Of a DNA stretch of 55,648 nucleotides, positions 24,708 to 36,383 are shown piece by piece (within the stretch, counting starts at the first letter, position 1; each line of letters begins with the position of its first letter). This DNA is from Geosiphon pyriformis uo1 (taxonomy: Eukaryota > Fungi > Glomeromycota): contig JAAOMT010000737.1 of the NCBI GenBank assembly GCA_016748015.1, positions 2,860 through 58,507 on the forward strand, written 5' to 3'. The notes below the pieces were generated by a model. It made no database searches, was not told the DNA's origin, and saw only the letters and a list, made by a program, of their open reading frames with translations. The translations under genes and the position numbers were made by a program.

Positions 24708-27700
24708 TCGGCTAGATCCATGGCTACTTGTCAGTAACCACTATCCAAGTCTAACATTGAGAACCATTTGTTTTCACTGAAAGCATTAAATAATTCTTGT
24801 ATTTGTGAAGTTGGATAACTGTCTCCACAAGTTACACCATTGAGTTTTCTGTAATCCACACAAAAGCAGATCTTTCTATTCTTCTTATAGACAAGTACTA
24901 CTGGTGACAACCATGGACTCATTGATGACTGAATTAACCCATTGTTAAGTATTCGATTGATCTCTTGATGGATGATTTCATGGCTGGCTGGTGGTATTTT
25001 ATATGCTTGCTGTTTGATTGGCATTGCATCTCCAGTCTTGATCTGATGCTAGATAATATCAGTTCTACAAAATTTGTTTTCACTGGTGAAGATGTCATTA
25101 AAATTATTGAGTAACATCTTTAGTTGCATCTGTTGAAGTGGGTCTAGATTTTCCATGTTTATCTGTTTCAATTGTTCTGGCTGTAACAAATAACATTCGT
25201 TTTGTCCATAGATGGTTTGTAATATAATGTCCACATATCTACAAAGCTGTGGAAAATCTGGAATACTGCTTGGTGCTTGATCTTTAATTTCTGTGGTTAA
25301 ATATCTAAGAGTAGTTCCTTTCGGTATCTTTACAATATTTTCAGTGTTGTTGTAGATGAGAATTTTGATATAGTTATGGCTCTTGGCTGGTATGTGTAGA
25401 TTGATAAGTCCAATTTCTCCTGATTCACAAAGGGTTGCTTCTGTTTCAAAAATCTGTTCTTGCTCTTTCTCTCTCTTTTTTATTGCTAACATGTATCAGT
25501 TATATGGTGGAATGGAAATTGTTTGACTGGTTGAGATAATTTTTCCTTGGCCAATAATTTCTTCCTCCACCATATTGACCGGTACATCTATTCTACCTGT
25601 GAATCCAAATCCCTGTATCCCTTTTGCTGTTATCCCTAATTCTTCTTTGTTTCTCATTGGCACTAATTGAGCCACTTTAACCAGAGGCAGGAATATTGCC
25701 TGTGCTATCTTTTTATTTGGCTCTATAATATAAGTCTTTTCTGAGTCATTTTGTAACATGGTGATGATATTTTCTATATATCTCATATCAATTATTCTTC
25801 CTCTTATATTTATCTCTCTTTTCATTAAACTATTCCTAGATGTTAATTGAACTATTGTTGTTGTCAGAATTTCCAGTGCTATTTTCAAATCAATGCAGGT
25901 GCATGAATGTGGTTCTAATTTGATGGCATCTTTTCCTGAATACCTCAGATCAAACCCAGCATCAGTATTATTCACACGTTCTGGCATAATATCTTCATTA
26001 TTATCACTGAACCATTTAAGTTCCTGTTTCTTGGTGAGATCAGGAAGTGCAATATATTGTTCATAGTTTGAATTAGGGTTTAAATCTGAGTTGGAATCAT
26101 TGTCATTGTTTTCACCATATTGAATGAAGCTGGAACCAATGTTTTCATTGTTATCATTGTTGGAGTTTGAATCAGAATTGAATGATGATTCTGATTCTAA
26201 TGCACAGTTGCTGATTGGTTCTTCTTCTTCTGAAATTATGTAGATTATGCGTGGTGGTGGATTATAGATGAGGTCACACTCATTATAATACTCAAAGTCA
26301 CTGGGGATTAAACAATGATGACACAGTCTTGTATTTAATTGTTCTAGCCATTGCTCTTGCTTTTCCCTAGTGGGAGCTAATTCTTGGTAGTGTTTGTAGA
26401 ATTATTCTGGATCTAAAAGATTTATGACTGGTTCTGAGTCCCAATCAAGTTCTATGGGTTCTGGTGGGTTGTTTTTAACTGTCTTGATTTCTTTTGGTAA
26501 CGTGCCTTTAATTTTGGTAAGTGCCATTCACCATATTTTGTCGTCGTCATATGGGCAACTGTCCAATTAATACATGGCCCTTCTCCAAGTGGCTTTGATT
26601 GATGTCCCTTTCCTAACCCAGTTGCTAATGAGAATTGTGTATTGACATAATTCATCACACATTTTCCCTCTCCCAGGAATGTCATTCCACATTCCTTCAT
26701 CAAGAAGAGTTTCTCCACAAGCTAAATATAGTGTATTATCCCATTTTTCCACTCGTTTTGGTCTTCCAAAGCATTTAATGAGGCATGTACGGCAATAGAA
26801 CTTAGTTGCTGTCTGGTATTCCTTATTGTTGTCACAGCATGCACTCATTGATGACAATTTTTTGCCACAATTAGTGCATATTAGCTTTAGATAATGATAG
26901 GTAAACCAGTATGGTATAGTGTAGGCATAGAGGTTATGAGTGGTGGTGGTTACTTCTTCTTTTTTTTCTTTTCTTTTTCTCTTTGTGTTTTTTTCCTCCC
27001 ATACCCAGCTTGTTGTTGGTTCACTTTTGTCGTGGTTGGTCCAGGTCAAATTATCTGTCTTCCAAGTAGGTTCTTCTTTTTGTTTACCCTTTCCATTGTT
27101 GTCCCATGAGAGTATTGGCAGCAGTTTGTTGTGTTTTTCATCGGCCCACGAGACTTGATACGTTTCCCAGGTAGGTTTTGGTTTGTCTTCTTCAAAGTCA
27201 ATTAGTGGTGCTGTGGTGTTGGTAGTCTTGAAATGACCATACATTGCTGGTACTTATGTGTGTTAACCATTTTGGCTCAGTTGAAGTTCTTGCATGTTCC
27301 AATCATGTGTTGCATTAGTCTTGGACAGCCAGTCATTTCCAACGAGTGCTTAGTATTGAGTGGCTTCCATTACCAAAACTTTGATGGATATTATGATGCC
27401 ATTGACTTTAATTGGGAAGTCATTAATTTTGCCAATTGGGGTTTTGGTTGCTCCATTCGTGGTAATAATCTTGACACTGGCAGCACGATCAACTCGGTGA
27501 CCTAATTGATTCATGAGTTGTTGTGTAATGATGCTGCCTGCTGAACCACTGTCAAGGATTAATTTAATGGAGTGGTCATCGACCTTGGCATCAGTGTACA
27601 TGGCCATAATTGGTTTCTCTTCAAGGGCTGCTCCACTAAATAATGGCGTATCTGATGGTTCTTCAAGTTCGAATGGAAAGATGGCATCCAAAGATTCATT

Positions 27701-29996
27701 TTCGGTGATTGTAGCAGATAGAATATTATTGGTAAGTGGTTTATTGTTGTTTGATTCCTGGATTGCTAGATGTGGCATCTTCTGGAATCACCAAAAGGCT
27801 TAAATAGTGTTGGGAATTCGGGTTTTGGGTGAGACTGGTGCCCAAATTCTGCTGACGAGATTCTGATTGTTGGTGAGAAGAGCTGGGAATTGGTTGATGT
27901 ACATCTATTGCCAATCTCCAGTTTTGGGTGATTCTCAATCTTGGGTTCTCTGATGTCATTTGAGCTGGGTTTGCTGGTGGTGTTTAAATGGTAGGTGTTT
28001 GATAGATTGCTGGTGGCTGTAATTGATATATTACTTGTAACTGCATCTGATAAATTGTTTGTGGCAGCAATTGATAAACTGGAGTTTGATAAATTAGTTG
28101 GTACATCATAAACAGGTAAGTGGGTTGGTATTGGTCTTGATTCGGGTGATGGTTTGGAGTCTGGAATCAGCAATTGGGATTTCTATATTGATTTCCCAAT
28201 TGTAGATTGCTATAAGTATGGCAGTTGGCTCTGATGTGTCTTTGTTTACCACAGTTGTAGCAGATACGCATCTCTGGCTGCCATGACTGATAAGATAACA
28301 ACGATGGACATGACTGATTTTGGAAACGATTTGCATTTCCCTGATTGTTATGCCATTGAGAAGGTTGATAAATCGTGTAATTGTCAGTTAAGTATTTCTC
28401 TAATTTCTGATTAATTGAATCACTGAATTGCTTCAATTTGGAATTCAATTCAGATAATTCATTCATTGCTAGATTCACAGCTTGAGTGTAATTAGCTTCT
28501 AGTTTAACTGCTTCAAAATCTCTGGCGTAGGTGACTGTGGTTGGAAGGTTCACTAAATGCATTGGACGTACTCATTGTAGGATGCTATTGTGCAATCCTC
28601 TAATAAATTGATTTAAAATTTGTGGTGCTGTGAAATAGTCAGCTTGGATGGCTTATATTTGGCATAGATTTCTATGGAAGCATCCCAAGTAGGTAGTGAC
28701 TGCTTTAGTGTCTTCTTGTCTGATCATTGTAAAGGTGTTGACTAATTTGTTAATACTATTATTGTTGCTAAAGTACCATAAGAATTTAGTTTTAAATCCA
28801 TTAAAATTTTGGGGTTTGACAGCAAGACTTTGATACCATGCATTAGTGGTATTCTGGAGAAAATAAGGGATCGCTTGCATCACTTTAGCATCATTCCAAT
28901 TATTGGCTGTAATGGCTTTGGTCATGTTATTTAACCAGACTTGGGCATCGTCTTCTTTACCATTAAATTTGTCAAGTTTTGTGATGAGTGTGTAAGCCAT
29001 TTGTTGTTGCTGTGGTGGTAGAAGTTGTTGTTGTTGTTGAGATGATACTGGTAATAGTTGTTGATTTTGTTGGTTTGGTGGTTGGATGGGCTGGCCAATT
29101 GGTTCAACAGGTGGTTGATTGATGACAATAACTGGAGGTAAGAGTTGATTAATTACTTCAGGATTTGGATTGTTCTGATTTGGTGGGGTTTGAATATTCA
29201 GAGTGTTATTTTCCTAATTGTCTAAATTTGGCTGGGTTTGACAGTTTGGAGTTTCAATTTCCAGGTTTTCTAGAATTGGGTTTTGGTAAGTAAATTCTTG
29301 ATCCTCATATTCTTCTTCCTCTTCTACTTCTTGTTTTCCTTCTGATTCAGTAATTTCCCAAAGACTCACGATTCTAAAATTCAGTTGAGATGGCAGTAAT
29401 CAAAATTCTGATGGCGTTAGTGATCAAAATTTAAATCCTTCAAAATACTTGCAATATGGTTCTAGTAAATCCTCTTTTCTTTGTTTACTTTGGAATGGGA
29501 AACATCTAAATGTTGATGTCGTGTTTAATGTGGACGCGTCTGTTGATGATATATTGATGGCACTTCCAGGGGTATAGTGATAGGATGGGTTGTTTGATGA
29601 CTCAACTCTAGTTTTCTTTTAAGTGAGTGGTTGTATCCTTTGAGGTGTTATTGCTGGTGTTTATAGTTTTCCTTTGCCTTTACTTGTGTAAGTAATTGGG
29701 TATCTTTGCTGTGTGTGGTGTTCAATTTCTTTGTTGATCTCAGTAATAATGGATGCAAAATTATGATTTGTGAATAGGCTGGTGTTTTGAATTAATTCAT
29801 TGTAAAAAGTTTCTCTTGCTGATTCAATATTCATGGATGTTCCCAACAGATAGGTAATCTTTTTGTTGACGTAGAAATTGAAAGCTAATTCTGCTGATAT
29901 GTGATTATGGGTTAATCCCAAATGTTGACAGTAATATTGAAATAAAGATTTTGCAAATTCTAGATGGTTTGCTCTGATGTTTTCTGATTCTGTCAC
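24708..29996 (-). pseudogene. D Gag-PR-Cys-rich-dUTPase-spacer-RT N-terminal part
   Basis: MAYTLITKLDKFNG (29000), CYNCGKQRHIRANC, LILDSGSAG, DAGFDL...KIAQAIF...GIQGFGFTG (about 25590-25987), FCVDYRKLN, LDLDSGY. Confidence 0.92.
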
Positions 29997-30038
29997 TTTT
30001 GGATGGGGTTGTTGGTACTGGTTCTCTGTAGAATTATA

Positions 30039-30055
30039 CCTCACAGGGAGCACCA
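30039..30055 (-). promoter_or_regulatory. Primer-binding site of D, TGGTGCTCCCTGTGAGG
   Basis: Starts 2 nt after the LTR's CA; TGG pairs with the tRNA CCA end; decayed equivalents in A, B and E. Confidence 0.88.
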
Positions 30056-30057
30056 AA

Positions 30058-30911
30058 TGTTACAGGTGACTATTTCTGGTGTTGAATTAAATAACAAATC
30101 CGTAATTTGGTGCTAAAAGTTATTTGCATTGATGTTATTAATCTGAAGATTTTGTATTTAAAGGTTTTGGTTTGAGTTCTTTGTATAATAGACAGAGATT
30201 CAATAGTGGTTTTATCTGTAGCTTCCCAGAATTGCAATTCTGTCAATTTTTTTCTCAACATGATGGCCAGCAATCCTCTGGTAAGTATTCCATATCTTCT
30301 GTACATGTCCTACTCTCTCACAGAGATCTTTTACCAGACAATCCTTAACGTCAGTAATCTAGCACTTTATTCACCCAATTAGTGTACAACAATAAAATCA
30401 AAATAAAATAAATAAAAGAAATAAAAGAAAATAAAGAAAGAAAAGAAATAAGTCAAGGCAATTTGCAAGTTAGTATTCTGTTAATAGCCATGATCAAGAG
30501 CTATTGTTCCAGTGTGATTAAGTATCAATTACTATCAACATGGAGTGTTGATAGTGGAATTAGATTTGAGATACCAAATAGTTATTTATTGTGTTTGGAA
30601 GGTTGTCTAGATAAAATCTAAACTTGGAGATCTGTCTCTTTTAGCTTCTTATACTACTGCTATATATACATAATTGAGATTTCTCAATTCCTCAATTCTT
30701 CACAACAGGAATTCTGGAATTCCTAGAATTCTGCAATTCCTTTGAGAGGAATCCTGTAATTCTGGAATCCTGTGATTCTTCATGAGAATTCTGTAATTTC
30801 TGGAATTCTGCAATTCCTGAGAGGAATCCTGGAATTCCACATTTACTACATCTACTTTTGATTGGCTAATAATTATGTTAATATATATTCCCTATATTTC
30901 TATCAGTAACA
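30058..30911 (-). repeat. D 5' LTR (854 bp)
   Basis: TGTTAC...GTAACA termini; CCAAT, GAATTC-rich U3 array, TATATATA, AATAAA; R/U5 homologous to the B and E LTRs. Confidence 0.92.
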
Positions 30912-33900
30912 TCGCAGAGATAAGTGTTAATTTGGGCAAAATATTGTTTTTGCTCTTGTCAAATAGGGCATAGTTGTTGGTAGTAGTCCTGGAATTTATC
31001 CACTGGGTCAAACATGTTGTAGCTAGCAACTTTGTCAGCTACTTCGGCTGACTCTTTCCAATATCATATTTCTTTGACGGTTCCTCCTCTTACTTTGGCC
31101 TGTGCAGTGTTATACAACTTGTCCTTGTCATGTGAGTAGTGCTGTAGTCTTTTTAACACTTTGTTAAACACTGCTTCAAATGGCGTTCTTTCTCTTACCC
31201 AGTTACAGATAAGAATCATGTATTGGCAAGTTGTATTACACATTCCTCCTCTGCCTGGTATGTCATTCCAGTTGTACTCTCTTGGTAATAGTTCTTTACA
31301 AGCGAAGCACAGTTCCTTATTCCATTTTCTGTGTCTTTCTGGGTAACCATATTTTTTTTTGTTACAACAGTTACAATAGTAGTGGGTGGGATTTCTTGGA
31401 TCTTCATCTGGTGTGCTGCACACAGTCATAGACAAAAGTTTCTTCTTGCAAATTAAGCATTCTAGCTTTGGTCTGCATCACTAGTGGTTTTTTTGTAGAC
31501 TTACCTAGTTCCATTTGGATCTTTCTTTACTGGTTCACATTGGTACAGCTGGTAGTCCTGTTCTTTGGTCATCAGTCTAAGAGAGCTGATAGGTTTCAAT
31601 GCTGGTAGTGCTGAATTTTTTTCAAATTCGAAGATAGGTCTTTGGTTGATGCTGGGTTTTTGGAAGTGGCTATTATAATTGATTAAAAGCTCTTAAGTGG
31701 TCCAGTCTAGGGTGGCATTGGCTTTTGTTAGCCAGTCATTTCCTACTAACACTTGATATTGTATAGCGTCCATTACTAATAATTTTGTAGGTATTACTAT
31801 GCCATTAATTTCAAAAGAAAATAAGTTGATTTCGCTATAAGGCAGCTTTGTACTTCCATTGGCTGTTATAATTTGGAACGTTGCAGCATGATTAACTTTG
31901 AAACCCAGTTGGTTTACTAGTTAAAGCATTATGATGCTTCCAGCAGATCCACCATCTAAGATAAGTTTGATTGGAGTATTGTTTACAGTGGCTTCTGTAT
32001 ACATAGCAGTAATTGGGTGTTTTTTGTCCAATGCTGTTCCACTGAACATAGCCTTATTTTCCTCTAATTCAAAAGAAAAAATAGCTGTGAGGCTGCTATC
32101 TTTGGTGGCAACTGCTGGTGGTATTGTTTGGCTCAATTTATTGGAGGAATTTTCAGTTCTGTTTATGTTTCTACTATCATTGTTTCTGATGATCAGATTT
32201 TCGAGTATATTAAGATAAATTTGTTGATAATTTTTGTAGTTTGGATTGGTTTGCTGACTGGTTCCAGCATGGTTTAGATTCCTCTGGACCAATGCGTTTT
32301 GGTTCTACATGGGCTGATTTCGGAACTTGGAACACCAATTTAGGTTGGCTATCATGGGCTGTTGTTGGTAAGTTTCTTGATTTTGATACATGGTAGAATA
32401 TTGACATAGTATTGGCATGTACTAGTTTCTGGGCATTTGGGGTGGCATGTAATAATTATTTTCATATGCTTCCTGCATTATTTGTGTTCAACATTGACTA
32501 ATCAAATGTTATACGCATTTGCAAAAATGGCAGGCGTGTGTTTCTGTTCTGAATTTCTGGTGTGACGAGTGATTATTTCAACTGTCGCTGACTTTCTGGC
32601 TGTGTTTTTGAAGTGGTTGGTATGTATTTTTTCTTGGATCCAGGATGAGGTAACTTTCTATTTTCTTAGAGAGTTCCTCCCCTAATTGTGTTACTCTTTT
32701 CTTTAATGTTTCTGTCTTATTTTCTTTCATTATCATGTTAACTATTTGACTATTGTTAGCTTCTTTCTCAGCCAATTCAAGGACTCTGGTGAGTGTAATG
32801 ACTTCTGGTAAAGAATTAGGGTGGACAGGGCATACTCTTCCTAAAATACTGCTTTTTAATTCTCTAATAAACTGATTTAAAACCTGAGGATCAGTGTAGT
32901 ATTCTTGTTCAATTGCTTTAATCTAATGGTGAATTTGATTGAATTGAGCAAGATATTGGGTGACAGTTTCACCAGTACCTTGCTTGATAGTATTGAATTT
33001 GTTCTGTAGTTGGATTATGGTGTTTGGGTCACTAAAATACTCTAGAAGTGCATTTTTAAATTCGGCGAAGCTCATGGGTTTTGTTTCTAGGCTTAGATAC
33101 CACAAGTTGGCTGTGCCTTTCAGGAAGAAAGGTAATGTTTGAATTGCTCTTTGGTTGTCCCAGTTATTTGCCTGGATGGCTTTTTGTGCTTCTCTGAGCC
33201 ACGTGTACACGTCTGTTTCTTTTTCTTTTCCTAAGAAATCTGTTAGTCTTGTAATATATGGTGTGGCCATTTCATCACTATTTTCTGCTGGTAAGCTTAT
33301 TGGTCTAAGAGAAGGTGGGATGATATTTCTTTGAGTGTTTCTAAAGATGGCTTTCCTTATATCCAGTTTTTCCTCTTGATCATAAGTTTTTTGGTTTCTA
33401 AACTGGCTGCTTGTTTTAGTGACCATTTTTGTGATTGTTTTTTTGCTGGTCTCTTTTTTGGATTCTGATTCAGACTCTTCTTCATGGTTTTCAAACCCCA
33501 TTCCAAATTTTGGCTGAAAAAGCGAGTTTTGGAATAGCGATGAATATCCTTCTGTAATTGGTATGTCTCTCCAGTTACGTTGTTTAATTTTATCAGTATA
33601 ACTAGAAGTTCTTGGCATTTGTGGAGTTGATGTTGATGATGATGCAGCTCCTAATGGAATTTGTATCTTATTTTCTGGTGAAAAATGGTATGATTTATCT
33701 TCTAGTGAATAAATACATTGTTTTTTTATTGATTGAGTAACAGTTTTTTTTGGTGTTTGAGCAGGTGTTCTTAGTTTTTGCTGGTTACTTTCCTGATTAG
33801 TTTCTAAATTTTCTTTAGTTTTGTTGATGTGTTCCCTAGTGTTTCCTGTGGATATTGGAAAATTTTTGTTGGCATATTGCTCAATTTTTTGATGAATTTT

Positions 33901-34149
33901 AACAATAGTTGTGGCTATTACTGCTATTTCTTTTGTAATGTATTGTGATAATTCTCTATACAATCTAAGTTTTGTATTGTGTAGTTTTTCTTCCTTTCCT
34001 ATATGATAATTTATTCTGGTGTTGATATAATAAGTAAGGACAGATTTTGCTGGACAACACTCTTCTGGTAATCTAAGATCACTTTGATTTTGTGTGTAAA
34101 TAGCATGGCAGAATTCAAGAACAGTAAGATTAGGGGTTTTTGTTACCAC
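30912..34149 (-). pseudogene. C1 Gag-PR-Cys-rich part
   Basis: 408-aa GTG-led gag ORF at 32923-34149, LILDGGSAG protease and Cys-rich ORF at 31064-31435; colinear with C2. Confidence 0.92.
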
Positions 34150-34212
34150 TTTTGTTTCTTCTTTTTTAGCAATAAATTATTGCTAATTATTATTTCCTTT
34201 TTGATTTTTTTT

Positions 34213-34229
34213 TCTTATAGGGTTCACCA
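34213..34229 (-). promoter_or_regulatory. Primer-binding site of C1, TGGTGAACCCTATAAGA
   Basis: Starts 2 nt after the LTR end and begins with TGG. Confidence 0.75.
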
Positions 34230-34231
34230 AA

Positions 34232-34619
34232 TATTACAGGATAGTTTTCTTAGAATATTTAATTTAAAAGTACGATTTAAAGTGGAGTTTGTTGGATAAA
34301 TTGGATCTCTTACTTGATAAGTTATGATTTTTATTACTTGATTGACTTTTCTCAATATTAAAGCTACTGTATATATACATGTTTGTAGTCCTACGAGAAA
34401 ACACATTGTAATACTTTCTTTTTAATATTTCAACCTAGTGTTTGCTGCTATTACTAGTTGGTGTTGGCTGCTATTGTAAACTGGTGCTTACCACTATCAT
34501 GAGATGGTGTTTGCTACTATGTTAATTATTACCTTTTTAAGATTATTACTGCACTATATTATGATTGAATAGTTTATATTATTTTTATGATTTTTTTTCT
34601 AAATTCTTAAACTGTAACA
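34232..34619 (-). repeat. C1 5' LTR with a 486-bp internal deletion (388 bp)
   Basis: Both termini are present; the segment between the direct repeats at 11438-11456 and 11924-11942 of the long LTR is missing. Confidence 0.88.
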
Positions 34620-36324
34620 GTATCAAAATCTCATCAACAAACCACTAAATTTTAATGCATTTAAAACCACGTTTCTACAGCATTTTAGTGATAATAATAG
34701 TATTAACTGCCTAGCCAATAGTTTTACTACAATCAAATAAGGTGATATCAAAGCAGTTACCACCTACTTGGAACACTTCTACAAAAATCTGTGCCAAATA
34801 CAAGACATTGAAGCTGACTACTTTACAGTACCACAGATTCTAAATTAGTTTATCCATGAATTGTACAGTAGCTTGCTACAGAGAGTATGTCTAATGCATC
34901 CAAATACACTTTAAGATGCAGTCACACATGCCTGAGATTTCAAATCAGCAAAGTTAAAAGCCAACTACATCCAAGCCATAAATCTAGTAATGAATAGATT
35001 ATCTGAATTAGATTCCACATTGAAACAATTTAGTGATTCCATCAACCAGAAATTGAAAGAATATTTAGCTAACAGTCAGATCATTTATTAATCTCTACAA
35101 CAATATAATAATCAAGGAAACTCAAATTATTTCCAAAATCAGTCATGTCTTTTATTATCAACCAATTAACCATGGCAGTCAGAAATGTGTATTTGCCACA
35201 ATTGTGGTAAACAAAGTTACATCAGAATCAACTGCCATTATAATGGAAATTCATGATTGGAAAATTAATATTAAAATCTTGATTGCCAGTTTTAAACTCC
35301 AAATTATTTACCAAATCAAAATCACTATTAACCCTATTACCCATTCATAACACAACAAATATATTCATCTTCCATATATCAAACTCCAGCACCAGTAATA
35401 TATTAACCACAGCCACAAATTATCTATCAACTTTAACAACTTCAAACACTATCACAAATTGCAGTTTAGATAACACCTAAAAATCAAAGACCAAGAGTAA
35501 TTTAAAACTGAAAATCAGTAATAGTTATTTATTAGCTGATCTCAAGCTTCTCAAACCAACCATCAAGATCACACCAGTAAAGTTCAGAAACTGGGTATGT
35601 CTAAAACCCAAATTCCCAGAACTATTTAAGTCTTCTGGTTATTCCAAAAAACACCAAACTCAGCAAACAAGAACTCAATCAAACTCAACTATTCACTAAC
35701 AACATACCTTCAGCAATTATCACTGAAAACAAATCACTTACTGCTATCTTTCCTTTTGAATTCAAAAAATCAGTCAAAATACTACTATTTAGTAGAGCCA
35801 TCCTAAAATCCAAATCCATTACTGCAATGTATATTAATATGAAAGTCAATAGCCATCTTATCAAACTCATCTTTAATAGTGGTTTAGCAGACAGCATTAT
35901 CACCAAACAACTCATGGATTAATTAGGTTGTCGAGTTGATCATGCTGCTAGCACCCAAATTATCACTGCTGATAAAGCAATAAAGACTTCAATTGGTAAA
36001 ATTAACAACTTTTCATTTGAAGTCAATGACATCATAGTACTAATCAAAGTCTTTATCATGGAAGCCATCTAGTACTAAACACTAGTTGGTAATAACTGGC
36101 TGTCTAAGACTAACATTATACTTGACTGGAATATCCAGGAGCTATAACTCAATCAAAACAGCCAACACATTCGAATACTAACCACTTGTGGTTATTTCAA
36201 GACTACTATCAATGAACAGCCACTAATTGAGTTGGAAAAAGAAAGAAAAAAACCTATCTGGGAAACATATCAGGTATCATAGATTAAAGAAGAACACAAT
36301 GAATTATCTTCAATATCTATATGG

Positions 36325-36383
<59 letters not shown>

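Larger units (their letters stand above)
16292..30911 (-). mobile_element. Ty3/gypsy element D (B/E clade, dUTPase-bearing), 3'-truncated, inserted in C1
   Basis: 5' LTR at 30058-30911 plus PBS; gag-pol runs into mid-RNaseH; C1 sequence resumes at 30912 (matches C2 from 20826); the left end is a deletion junction. Confidence 0.88.
11424..34619 (-). mobile_element. Ty3/gypsy element C1, inserted antisense in B gag
   Basis: TGTTACGAGA at 11424 and CTGTAACA ending at 34619; perfect TSD GTAT at 11420-11423 and 34620-34623; the B gag frame resumes (WY|QNLINKP). Confidence 0.94.

Noticed and set aside
30070-30306. 78-aa ORF inside the D LTR
   Set aside because: Homologous B and E LTR segments have frame-shifting indels and stops, so the conservation looks nucleotide-level.
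36325-36381. 57-nt poly(A) run as a retroposed tail
   Set aside because: It lies at the Lys/Glu-rich purine linker (W..KGK..KEE in D and E) with no foreign body or TSD. G>A erosion plus slippage explains it.
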